Of a DNA stretch of 64,000 nt, positions 13,630 to 26,229 are shown piece by piece (within the stretch, counting starts at the first letter, position 1; each line of letters opens with the position of its first letter). The translations under genes and the position numbers were made by a program. The notes beneath the pieces were generated by a model, which did not search any database, had not been told where the DNA came from, and saw nothing but the letters and a program-made list of their open reading frames with translations. The stretch comes from the human T2T-CHM13v2.0 reference genome, Homo sapiens, in the NCBI RefSeq assembly GCF_009914755.1, contig NC_060933.1; one strand, 5' to 3'.

Positions 13630-16600
13630 GTTTTTGTTTAAGGTAATAGTAGCAACAATGTATTGGGTTATTACTGCCAAGGGCTAAGCAAAAGGACAGC
13701 AATGCTGTACTAGATAAGAAGAAGCAATTGTGAAAACTCTGTTACATTTGAACTACATTTGAAGCAGCATAGTGATAATTTAGGTGGACTTATATTAGTT
13801 AAAAACATATATTGCACTTCTAGTGAAACAACTAATGTTTTTTAAAAAAGTATAATTGATATGGCAAGAGAGAAGATAAAATGGAATCATAAAAATGTTC
13901 AATTAAAGCCAGATAAAGCATAAGAAGAGGGGAAGAAAACAAAGAACAAATGTAGTGAATAGAGACTAGCCATAAAAATGATAGAAACTGATTCAATCAT
14001 ACTCATAATAAACCAATAAAAATTGTCATCATGAATAAAAAATAAAATTATATTGTTTAAAATAAATCTACTTTAAATATAACAGCTCAGATAGGTTGCA
14101 AGTAAAAAGGTAAAGTAAATTTTACCATGGTAAATCTAACCAAAAGAAAGCTGGAGTATGTATATTAATATTAAACAAGACTTCAGAGCAAGACAAGTTA
14201 TTAGAGATAGAGAGAGGTATTACGTACTGCCAAAAAGGTGAATTTTCCAAAAACATGTAACAATCTAAGTATATGTGACTTAACAATAGAGCATCAAAAT
14301 ACATAAAGCAAAAACTAATAGGACTGAAAACAAAAATAGTCAAATGCACTGTCACAGTTGGAGATTTCAACATGCCTGTTTTTGCAATTGATTGATAAGT
14401 CAAACAGGCAGAAAATCACTCAGGATATAGTTGACCTGCACAGCACTATCAATTAACTTAGTCAAATGGACATTTATAGAATATTCCATCCAACAACAGC
14501 AGCATACACATTCATCTTAAGCTTATGTCGAATATTCATCAAGATAAATAATACTCTGGGTCCTAAAACCCATCATAAGAAGTTTAAAATAATTAGAATC
14601 ATACAAAGTATGTTCCCAGACCAAAATGGAATTAAACTAAAAATACATACCAGAAAGATAGCTAGAAAAGCCACAAATATTAAAAAATGTAAATATATCC
14701 TGGTAAATGAGCCATGCCAAATAAGTAGTCTGAAGATAAACCAGAAAGTATTTTGACCTAATTGAAAATACAACTTCTCAAAATTTGGGAGACGTAGAGA
14801 AAGGAGTGCTCAGAGTCCATATGTTACAAATCAATAAAGGACTAAAAGCAATAATCTAAGCTTCCACCTTAGTAATAAGAGAAAGAAGTACAATATATAT
14901 CTGATGGAAGTAAATAAAATAACAAAAATTAAAGTAGAAATACAAAAGATGAAAAAAGAAGAAAATCAAACTAACCAAAAGATGGTTCTTTAAAAAGATA
15001 GATGCACTTGATAAAATCTAGCTAGCCTAGCACAGAAAAAGAGAGAGAGAGATAGAGAGAGAGCACAAGAAATGCAGGAGTGGTCATTACTACTACTAAC
15101 ATGGGTATTAAAAGGAGAATAAAATAACACTATGAACAACTTTATGTCCACAAATTGATAGTTTTTATATATGATCAATACCAAAAAAAGACCCAAAAAT
15201 ACCAAAATCACACAAGGAGAAGCAGAACATTTGAATAGCCCTATAGCTATTAAAGAAATTGGACAAATAATTAATAATCTTCCAAAAAAGAAAAGTACCA
15301 TGCCCAGATGGTTTCAATGGTTAATCTTACCAAACATTAAGGAGAAAATGACTTTATTTTTTTACAACCTCTTCCAGAAAATAGAAGCACAGGTAATGCT
15401 TCCTAATTCATTTTATAAGTCCAGGATTACCTTGACTCCAAAATCAGACTAAGGCACATCCAAAAAAGAAAACTACAAATCAATATCTTCAATGAACACA
15501 GGCACAAACATTCTCAACAAAATATGAGCAAATCAAATCCAGCAATGTATCAAAAATCTATTCATCATGACCAAGAGGAATTTATTCTAGGTACGCAGGG
15601 CTATTTTATCATTTGAAAATCAGTATAGTTAATCTTTTATATCAACAGGCTTAAAGGAAAAAATGTATTATTATATCTGTAGATGCAAAGAAAAGCATTT
15701 GACAAAATATAATACCTATTCAGGATAAAAAAGAAACTCAGCACACTAGAAACAGAGGGAACTTTCTCATCTTGGTAAAGAATACTTATAAGTATTCTAC
15801 TTCTAGCATTATATTTAATGGTGAGAAACTGGTTGTTTTCCCCCAAATACTGGGAACTGGCAGGATGTCCACTTCCATTTCTCCTATTCTGCCTGCCACT
15901 GGAAGACCTAGTGAAGGGAGCAAAACAAGAAGATAAAATAAAAGGCATACAGATTGGGAAGGAAAACATAAAACTACTTTCACTCACATCTAACAATTAT
16001 ACGTGTCGACAATCTTAAAGATTCAACAAAAATACTTCTGGAATTGATAAGCGACTGTAGCAAGGTTGTGGACTGTAATGTTAATATAGTAGAGGCAACT
16101 GCATTTCTATATACCAGCAATAAATGATTGGAATTAGAATTACTTTTTAAAAATACCACTTACAATAGCACCAAAAATCATGGAATACTTAAGGTATAAG
16201 CCTAATAAAATATGTATAGGGTCTATATACAAAAATAAAACTGATGAAAGAAGTCAAGAAAGGTCTAAATAAATGGAAAGATAGTTCATATTTCTTATCT
16301 GAAGCTCAAATTAAAATGTCAATTATTCTCAATTTTAATAAATTCAACATGATCCTGATGAAAAGTTCAACAAACCATTTTATATGTATCCACAAACTAA
16401 TTCTAAAATGTACATAAAGGCAAAAAACCCTAGAATAGCTAACACAATACTGAAGAAGAAATGTAAGTTGAAGATGCATACAACCCAATTTCAAGATTGT
16501 TATAAAGCTCCAAGCATCAAGACAACATGATATTAGCAAAGGAATAGATAGACAGATCAAAGGAACAGGCTAGTCACCTTATCTATGACAAAGGCTCTGA

Positions 16601-17164
16601 AACTATTCAACAAAGAAAGGATTCTCTTTTCAACAAATGAGGCTAAAACAGTTGGATATTTATATGAACAAACAATAAACCCCAGACAGACTTTACCCTT
16701 TTCACAAAAATTAATTCAAAAGATATAATGAACTTAAGTGTCAAATGCAAAATTACAAAACTTTGAAAACAGCAGAGAAAATCTAGGTGAATTTGGGTTT
16801 GGTGATGAGTTTTTAGATACTCCACCAATCCATGAAAGTTAGATTTGATAATTTTTCTTAAAACAGAAAACTTCTTTTTTGTGAAAGTCACTCTTAAGGG
16901 AGTCAAAAAAGCAAACCCAGACTGGGAAAAATATTTGCAAAACACATATTTGATAAAGGACATATATCTAAAATATGCAAAAGCTCTTAAGAATAAAAAA
17001 AAATCCCAAGTAAAAAATAGGCAAAAGATCTAAACAGGCAAACCTCAACAAAGAAAGAAAATACACAGAAGGCAAATAAGCATATGGCCAACATGATTTG
17101 TCATTAGGGAATTGCAAGTTTAAACAACAATGAGATATCACTACACATGTATTATCCACATAGG

Positions 17165-17567
17165 ACAGGTGGAATCCCATATAACCAACTTGCTACTCAC
17201 TTGTGGTACCCCCCAAGGACCTAGCACCATCAAAGAAGCTCAGCACTGATTTCCATGGTAATGGCAGTTATATCAGCCTTGGGAAGGGAGTTATTTCCAT
17301 GTATAACCTCCATCCTTCTGCCAAAGAACCCATTGAGCAGCAGGTGCTGGGGTGGATAAGGAAAGATGACTACTGTTCACAGCAGAATCATGTTCACCAT
17401 CTGATGCCTCCTCTACTTATCTGGTGCCTCCTCTGAAATGGGTATCTTCACACTTGGTGTCCCTCCCAAGAATCTGTCCACCCATTTCTTCCCCAGGCTT
17501 CTTTATTACAAATATTCTAAGTATGCTACTTCTAAGTCCCAAAACAACTGATCAAATGATTAACTAC
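17165..17567 (-). mobile_element. ERVL/MaLR internal fragment
   Basis: atctgtccacccatttcttccccaggcttctt... resembles reverse ERVL internal sequence; it resumes after the LTR at about 17900. Confidence 0.6.
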
Positions 17568-17895
17568 TGCTATGGTCTGAATGTGTCCCCCACAGTTCAC
17601 ATGATAAAAATTTAATCCCCAATGCAAGGCTTGGGAAAGTGGGGCCTAATGGGAGGTGTTTAGGGCGGAGCCTTCATGAAAGGGTTAGTGCCCCTATAAA
17701 AAGGGCATGCAAGACTGGGCTCTGTCTCTCTTCTGCTCTTCTTCCATGTGAGGACATGATATTTCTCCTCTCCAGAGGATGCAGCACCTTGACACTGGAC
17801 TTCTCAGCCTCTGGAACGGTGAGAAATAAATTTCGGTTCTTTTTAACTATGCAGCCTCAGGTATTCTACTACAGCAGCATAAATGAACTAAAACA
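17568..17895 (+). mobile_element. MaLR LTR (MSTD/MLT1A-like)
   Basis: tgctatggtctgaatgtgtcccc...gaactaaaaca; TSD actac/gctac. Confidence 0.88.
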
Positions 17896-18116
17896 GCTAC
17901 TGTCCATGAACTAATGTCAATCAATAGCTTATCCCCCTACCCCTTCATCCACACCAGGATCAGCATGACCTGGTTATTCGGTGTTTTTATCTTTCTTGGT
18001 TATCTTTTTAATAAAGTGTATGGGATGTGGTATGATGGCAATGACACTTGACCAGGAGCTGAAAGTTGGAAAACCCCGTTAGGAGTGTGGTCTAGGACAA
18101 GTAACTATGTAACACC

Positions 18117-18521
18117 CTATTTTAGCTCATTTGTTTTGCTACAAAGGACTACCTGAGGCTGGGTAATTTATAAAGAAAAGAGGTTTTTTGGCTCATGGTT
18201 CTGCAGGCTGTATAAGCAGCATGGTACCAGCATCTGCATCTGGTGATCAATTCAGGCTCTTTCCATTCATGCTGGAAGGGGAAGGGGAGCTAGCATGTGC
18301 AAAGATCATATGATGGGGCCAGAGGGCTGGAGGTGCTTTTTTAAACAATCAGCTCTCATTGGAACAAACAGAGTGAGAACTCATCACTGTGAGGACAGCA
18401 CCAAGACATTCATGAGGGATCCACTGCCATGACCCAACACTTCCCATCAGGCCCCACATCCAACATTGGGGATCACATTTTAACATGACATTTGGAGGAG
18501 TCAAATATACAAACTATAACT
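18117..18521 (-). mobile_element. MaLR LTR (MSTB-like), inserted in a MIR
   Basis: acctgaggctgggtaatttataaagaaaagagg...ccaacattggggatcacattt. Confidence 0.88.
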
Positions 18522-18732
18522 CATCTCTTTGCCTCAGGATTTTTATCTGTAAAATCAGTAGACTGAAGTAGATGAAGTTTGAAATACAGGGATTGGTTTT
18601 GTGGTTGTAAAAATTGGAGTCTAAAAACTTAAGATAATTTAAAGGATAAATGTGTTTATATTTTATCTCATCTACAGCCATGTAGGAATTTGAATAATTT
18701 TGCATTTTAAAATTGTTAGTAAATACATTTAA

Positions 18733-19057
<325 letters not shown>

Positions 19058-19242
19058 TGGATGCATATTTTTACAAACTTCTTTCATATAATTGTTTATG
19101 TTAGATATTCCAGTGTAATATTGATTGTATAATATTTATGGTGGTAATTATAGTCAATATTTATTGGCCACTCGCTTTGGATAGGCACCATGCTTATTTC
19201 TAAATGTGCATCATTTCATGCAGTTTTCACCACGACTCCATA

Positions 19243-19665
19243 AGGTTTAGATTGGATTCCCCTTGGAGAAGAGCTTTGGATGCAAAAAGATGATTTGAAA
19301 AGTGATAAGAAGAATTACAAGTGAAACAAGAAAAAGAAGGGAAAAGTGTAATAATGAGCATAATACCGCTGTGAGCAACTGGGGCTCAAATCCTTCGAGG
19401 ACCCTCTGTAAGACTGTTTGAAACACAAGTCACACCTCCTCCATTAAGACAGGGGGTCTCCCTGCTGAAAGTCCAGCTCTTGTTGATTGATGGTGTTCTC
19501 AAGGCACTGATTCCTGCACTTCTGCCTGCCTAGAGAGAGGGCAAGCATGGCCTGTGGCCAGAGAATACTTTCAGGCAGAGTAATACAGGAAGAGGGGTCA
19601 GGATGGGGGGGCATTCAGAGAGACTGATGCAATACAAGCAGGCTGTCAACAGCATCTGGTGCAAC
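19243..19665 (-). mobile_element. Old ERVL LTR (LTR33-like), within a reverse MIR
   Basis: Motifs accgctgtgagcaactggggctca and ggccagagaatactttcaggcagag. Confidence 0.55.
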
Positions 19666-20994
19666 TGTTATTTTTGTTCTTTTATAAATTAAGAAAATGC
19701 CTAATGGCACATGAGCAGCTAGTGGAGGAGCCCAGTTTTGAAGCCAGGCAGTCTGGCCCCAGAGTCTACACTGTATCTTGAAATGAAGATGTAGTCAAAA
19801 TTTCATTAGGATCTCTAACAGGGTTGTAAATGCCTCACTTTGCAAGAGTTATAAGAATTTAAGCTTGTACTCATAATACCATTTTGGAAGGTTAAATGTC
19901 ATTCTAAAATATTGAGTTTTAATCTTGGAGGTTTCATTCCCTCTGAAATACTTGCTGCAGGATTCTGACAGGTGAAAGCTTATTTTTTTTTTCTATCTCA
20001 GAAATACTCTTTTTTGAATCCAAGAAGACAATGCAAATCTTTATTCATCATTCATTAATTCCTCTTCTTTAAACCTCCTTTATTCACGGAACCTTATATG
20101 AACATTGTTCTACTCCAGTAAATACATACCCAGAGTATCATCTTTATTGGCTGTCATGCATATTTAGACTATTCTCAAGTTTCCTGTTACATAATTCCTA
20201 TACTTTTGCATATGACTATTTGAGAGAAATATTACAGGAAAGCACTTCTATGAAGGGAAAAGACGTGAAAACAGATGTGACATTTACTTTCTTAACTTGC
20301 TTTCCTGTAAGCATTCTTGCTACTAGTTGCTGCAACTCGTCTGAGAGAGTCCCAAAATGTTGCTCTTCAACCCCAAATGTCTGGAGTCTCTGCCATCTGT
20401 TTTTCCTCCTGTATACTCTAAAGAGAACTTGTATAAATAAAAGAGATAAAGCACCTATTTACTGAGGAGCCAAGGAATCAAAGTATATCATCCAGTGGGG
20501 ATGAATTAAAATTCCAAATTAGAAGGTAATTCTTAAAGGCTTAAATGAATACAAGCAATCCCCTTGGTGGGTTTCCCTTGCCAGGAGTACCAAATAATTC
20601 CAACTTTTTAAAGTACACCATGGTCTGATTCATTAACTTTTGGATGGGAGCAAGAAAAGGAGAAAAGTAAATGGAGTTTATCACTGCAGCACAAGAAGAT
20701 TTTCTGGTAATGGCACTAAGTGACTGCCCTTGCACTCAGAAAACACTGATCGAGCCAACAATGTTCAGGAGATTGCATGCTTAGAAATCCTCTGTGGTCT
20801 CCATCAAAATTGAGAAACTGAGGTACCAATCATGATGCATAATGCAAGCACAAACCAAAATCTTGGCAAATCTGGGGTTAGAAGCCTCAGCAAGATGGGA
20901 ATGTGATGTAGTGGCATTCGTGGGACCAAGAAGCCTCAGTGAGAAGGCATAGATAACTTAAGAACTACACAAATCGAAGAACATCTTTGTATGG

Positions 20995-21380
20995 TGTTGA
21001 CAGCTGATTCAACTTGTCCAACATAACCTTGGATCTTTTTGGGAGGAGATGAATTCTGACCTCTGTGGACACGGCTGAAGGGACCCACATCATCCAAAGT
21101 TATACTTCCACTCCAGGGCAATTGACCTCCAATCACTGGATATGGGGTCAAAAGTCTGCCCCTCTTTTCTCCATTTGGGGTGACTCTAAAGATTCCCTAG
21201 CCCAGAGCTCTCTGTGGGATCATCTGAGAGTACCCTATACCATGTATGGGAGTCTGACTGATCTCTCTGCCCAATGTTTCTCTCCTGTTCCTCCTACAGT
21301 TGTGGACTGCAAGGGAACTCTTCAATCAACTCTCTGCATGTAGATCTCCATCTGTTTCCTGGGAAACCAAACCCAATACA
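20995..21380 (+). mobile_element. ERVL solo LTR (LTR16-like)
   Basis: TG...CA termini; 3' end ctctctgcatgtagatctccatctgtttcctgggaaaccaaacccaataca is typical of LTR16; degenerate 5-bp TSD tatgg/tgagg. Confidence 0.7.
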
Positions 21381-21445
21381 TGAGGCTATCTTCAGCTGTC
21401 TTTACATATTTAAGAGTAAGACATTAAAGAACCAAACAGAAAGTG

Positions 21446-21766
21446 TGTCAAGATGTTGAAACATTTAATTAACTTTTAAGATTCATTCTAGAAGTATTGG
21501 AAGAGGAGTCAACTCTTTCTTTGCGGAATGCTCCAATATTGGGATATGAAAGTCCATTCTGAGAAGCCATTGAGTTATAGCGGAGAACACTCTTCCATAT
21601 TCTGTCTGTCAATATGTTGAAACATTTAATTGACTTTTAAGATTCATTCTAGAAGTATTGGAAGAGGAGTCAACTCTTTCTTTGCAGAATGCTCCAATAT
21701 CAGGATATGGAAGTCTATTCTGAGAAGCCATTGAGTTACGGCAGAGAACACTCTTCCATATTCTGT
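21446..21766. repeat. Tandem duplication, 2 x 161 bp
   Basis: 21446-21606 versus 21607-21766, about 10 substitutions by eye, no indels. Confidence 0.97.
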
Positions 21767-21969
21767 TTGGGTCTAAAGCCCCACCAGTAATGTTCTGTGA
21801 GTTGGGCAGAATATGGAGGTTGATCTGTGAAGATATGGGAAAGAGAAGTGTGGGGACATGAGGACACTATTTGTGGCAGAGAGCAGAAGTGAGGCACAGG
21901 GCTGAAAATAAGATAGTTCAATACAGGTCTGCCTAGGAAGTAATTGGGCCTCATGTTCCCATTCCCTGA

Positions 21970-22279
<310 letters not shown>

Positions 22280-22886
22280 AACTCATTTTCTAAACATCGG
22301 AAACCAGGCCAGCTGCAGCCTCCTTCCCAGGATGACAATGGGGTAGTAGTGTAGAGAGATGCCATTTTAATTCATTGACTTTCAATCAAGTCATTAGTAT
22401 TTGCTTTCAGTCCAATTTCTCAACTCAGCCTTCCGTGAGCCTAAGCCAAACCCCTGACCATTTCAAAGGATCTACAGGCCTAATTAGCTTAAGTGTCATT
22501 ACTAAGCTTCTCTGCAGACACTAGCTTTTGTCTTCACTGATCATTAAACTGGTCACCAACTCTGGCTCCATTCGCCTTCGAACATCTGCCCTTAACACTC
22601 CTTTGTTGCTGTCCAATGTACTGACCTTTCTGCCTCTTTGTTCTTAGCCTTTATCTCTGTCTCTTTTACTCTTCTCTGTCCTCCCTCCAACTCCAATCAA
22701 TCCAACTCCTAAGCTCCATAATACATTTTTTAAAGAAAAACAGCAGTTGTTCAACAGACTCTTATTTTTCCCAGCTGATTCATTATTTTCCATTTATGTA
22801 AAATAAAATTCTAATTTTAAATTTTAATCCATGGACAAATTCTGCTGCATCCTTTTCACTTTCTCCCCATCATCATTCATCACCAG

Positions 22887-23027
22887 ATCCATTTGGGGAA
22901 GGACTGGCCAAGTTCTATTTTCCTAGGACAGAGCAGCTCAAGAGGATATACGGTCACTTAATTCCATCAGAGCCTCATGAATGATGCTAGTTGTTTAAAT
23001 GGGTGCTTGGCTGAGTCCATCTCCCAG
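22887..23027 (+). pseudogene. Exon remnant 6
   Basis: Acceptor ttctccccatcatcattcatcaccag; reads PFGEGLAKFYFPRTEQLKRIYGHLIPSEPHE*C*LFKWVLG*VHLP; donor CAG|gcaaag (GC donor or mutated GT); phase 1 to 1. Confidence 0.6.
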
Positions 23028-23240
23028 GCAAAGCATAAGTCAGACAAGTGGAAAGGCCACAGGGTGTGCTGCTTCTATGCAAATGATCTTTGTTCCAACC
23101 CCACAAACACTTTTTGCTGTTGTTACCATGGGTTGCTTTGAAACAATTCTGCTTTCTTTTGTTTCACTGATTCATGCTGTATCCTGCCCAGAAAACTAGT
23201 TTTGACACCTCCTACATCTTCTGATTTCTCCCACAAACAG

Positions 23241-23389
23241 AAGAGTCAGACTGGAAAATAAAAAGAATGTATCTGGCTAGTGAACTGAGGAATTCAAAGA
23301 ATGTTCTTTCCTTATATTCTTTCCCTACCCACTGTGGAGATATTACTGTCCTCACTCGGTTATTAAGAAATTCAATGGAAAAGTATGAG
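23241..23389 (+). pseudogene. Exon remnant 7 (fully open frame)
   Basis: Acceptor ctgatttctcccacaaacag, donor GAG|gtcagt. Only one frame is open: ESDWKIKRMYLASELRNSKNVLSLYSFPTHCGDITVLTRLLRNSMEKYE. Confidence 0.75.
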
Positions 23390-24007
23390 GTCAGTTATAT
23401 TTCCTTCTTAGAGATGACCGAGATTTTAGCTAAAAGGATCAAGGAATTTTTATTTTTATTTATTTAATCTTTCCAATTCAGTAACTTCATGGGGATATGA
23501 CTTAGTGTTGATCATCCAGATCTATTGTTACTTTTAAATAACCCAGACTGTAGTGATTTTTTTTTAACTAAAGAAATCGTAGTTTATTTTTAAAACAAGG
23601 AATATATTTTCTGTTTCTTCATTCTGAAAACACTAGTTATATGGAACTGGCTTTTTTTTTTTTTTTTTTTTTTGCCAGACTCACATATCAATCAACTTCT
23701 CTGCAATATTTTCTCTCTTCGTTTTTTCCCACTTTCTAGTTCTTCCTCTGCAATTCACCTAAGTCTAGTCTCCCTGACCCTGACTGAGTCTTCAGGGCAA
23801 TTCATTTCTGTAATGCTTTCAGTTTTATTTTACATTTCTTTCTCCCAGCTTGCATATTATCTTCAATTGCCCACATTTTCTTTTTTGATTTTAAATCTTT
23901 GTCATATTTTTTCACACAGTTCATGTTTACTTTAATTGCCTAAAGGGAAGGGATATTTATTTCAAAATCTCTGTTTCCTATTGTGATTCTTCAGAATCAT
24001 ATTCTAC

Positions 24008-24306
24008 TTTTTTGTTTGTTTGTTTTTTTGAGATGGAGTCTCGCTGTCACCCAGGCTGGAGTATAGTGGCACGATCTCAGCTCACTGCAACCTCCGCCTC
24101 CTGGGTTCAAGTGATTCTCCTGCGTCAGCCTCCTGAGTAGCTGGGATTACAGGTGCCCGCCACCATGTGCAGCTAATTTTTGTATTTTCAGTAGAGATGG
24201 AGTTTGACCATGTTGGTCAGGCTGGTCTCAAACTCCTGACCTCATGATCTTCCCGCCTTGGCCTCCCAAAGTGCTAGGTTTACAGGCGAGAGCCACTGTG
24301 CCAGGC
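24008..24306 (-). mobile_element. Alu
   Basis: Reverse Alu with a (tttg)n tail; TSD ttctact. Confidence 0.97.
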
Positions 24307-25478
24307 TTCTACTATTGTTTTTTACACCTTTCTTTCTTTCTTGTGTGTGTTTGTATGTGTTGTGTTTACACTGGTACATGTTTACACTGGTTTACACAAG
24401 GTCACTGTGTGCCTGCCTTTGCTTCTCTGACACTGGCCGTTTGTCTCTAAGGTAATCATGTGTGGTAGCGATGGGGAGGGAGACAAAATGAACAGAATCA
24501 GTGGCGACTTCGGTTGTGCTAGATTCATTTTTCTCCCCATGTGATGCGAGCACAGCCCAGGGCACTCACTCCGCCTCACAATTCCCATCCATGCTTGGCA
24601 GTGAGATGAGACTGACACGATCCATAGTCATACCCCTCCAGCCCAGGTCTCTGTTGGGTGACTGAGTACTTACTTTTTCTGCTTGTCTGATTCTAAATAG
24701 CAGCATGTACTTGTATCCATTTGATTTCTTCCCCTCTTCTTTTCACCACTGTTTAATCCACTTCTACAGGTAAGGAAGTCAGGTCACAGGAAGTTAAAAT
24801 GTTGCTTATCTGCAGAATTTATAATTGTGACCCCATTTCCTCTGCCATTCTGTGGTATTTAGCTCAATACTTAGGGGGATGTTCTCAGGCCCCCCACTCA
24901 TGTTGCTGTATCTCACTGTATTCAGGAAGGACTGCTGTTTGAGGCTTACCTGGTAGTGTAACATATGTGTGTATATATGCTGCATCCTGCTCACATTTTG
25001 GAGGGCTGCATTTTGTCTCTCAGCAACCCCACTCACTATGGTTCAAAATTTAACTATGTGGAAGAGCTTCTTCTTACCAAAAAGAAAAAAAAAGCAAGTT
25101 CTGAAAGGCTCACTGAAAGCCCATCTTTAAAAATATAAACTCTTCAATTAATATTAGGCCAAAAGACATCAAAAAATCCCTGGTTGCTAGACTAACCAAA
25201 GATGTGAAAATATATTTAAATTTTTGACATTCATTTTGTTGGTCAGTTTGTCTTGTATTTTGTAATTCTTCTGAGTGCACATTAACAATCGTTTTCATGT
25301 GGCATCTGAATCATTCTGACCTCTGAATTGTTTCTATTTTAAATAATTAATTCCGTAAGTACATCAAATATTCTTATTTCCTTTCTCTTTTAAATTTCTC
25401 TGTAGATCTATTTTCATGTTAATTTTAATCATGTCCCTCTTCTCCTTTTAACATTCCCATTGCTTTTTGATTTGTGAG

Positions 25479-25661
25479 ACCAAAAGGCACACAGAGAACA
25501 AAATTTCTGAACACTCTGAGCAATGGTGAGAAGGTTGTTTCCAACTATCAGTAAACTGCAGAATTGGTACAATGCACATTTGTGAGAGTTTGTTAGTGGA
25601 AATTCTACATGTTGAGGAGCCTCCATATTTGGCAGATATTTTTTAGCGTCTTAAGCTTGGG
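25479..25661 (+). pseudogene. Exon remnant 8
   Basis: Phase-0 frame TKRHTENKISEHSEQW*EGCFQLSVNCRIGTMHICESLLVEILHVEEPPYLADIF*RLKLG; stops TGA 25527 and TAG 25644; splice sites degenerate. Confidence 0.6.
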
Positions 25662-25739
25662 GATATGATTCTTGGCAAATAATATTCGAAATTAGTATTC
25701 CTTTTCTTATTTTTATTTTTGCCTTATGAGTTTTGGTAG

Positions 25740-26001
25740 GCTGCAGAAAGTACAACTGAGTAAACACATCTTGACTCTGCTGAACTTCTTTTGCATTCCC
25801 TCCTGTCACATGAAGGAATGAATGGATATTGCAAGGCACATTTTTTATGATGCTCAACAAATGTGTCAGTTATACAGATCTAATTTTGTTGAACTTGATG
25901 AACAGGCAAAGAGACATTAGGAATATTCTAAATTTATACTCTAGCCCGAGGTGTGAACACGGCTTCTCACAAATTGTTGCAAGCTGGCATGGCTGTTCTA
26001 T
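25740..26001 (+). pseudogene. Exon remnant 9
   Basis: Acceptor after a 78-nt T-rich intron. A 4-bp duplication (aatg, 25817-25824) shifts the frame; corrected read AAESTTE*THLDSAELLLHSLLSHEGMDIARHIFYDAQQMCQLYRSNFVELDEQAKRH*EYSKFIL*PEV*TRLLTNCCKLAWLFY; degenerate donor ttaagt. Confidence 0.6.
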
Positions 26002-26229
26002 TTAAGTTTTAAATTTTATTTATTTATTTATTTATTTTTGGTAAATATTATTAGACATTACAATGTTTCTTTATGAGACTGATAATATTTTGTATGCCAT
26101 TATATAGCTGACCTAAATATATTTCAAAGTCTTATACACAACTTTTAAGTAAGAGATCTGACAAATGAAATTTTACTTTCTATTAAAATATAGTGAGAGA
26201 ATGCAGGCTTATTTGAGGATGTAAAATAA

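Larger units (their letters stand above)
11815..17160 (+). mobile_element. Degraded long L1M element (5' region, ORF1 and ORF2 remnants)
   Basis: ORF2-like peptides MDIYRIFHPTTAAYTF, EHLNSPIAIKEI, IKGIQIGKE; ORF1 motifs gaagaaataatggctgagaattt and ccttcaaaagtgaggg. Confidence 0.9.
20002..21796 (+). pseudogene. Giant exon remnant 5, interrupted by an LTR16-like insertion and a 161-bp tandem duplication
   Basis: Acceptor ttttttttttctatctcag; one frame has only 1 stop over 20004-20462; donor TCT|gtgagt at 21797. Removing the LTR plus one 5-bp TSD copy joins ...KNIFVW to LSSAVFTYLRV... in frame. Confidence 0.6.
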
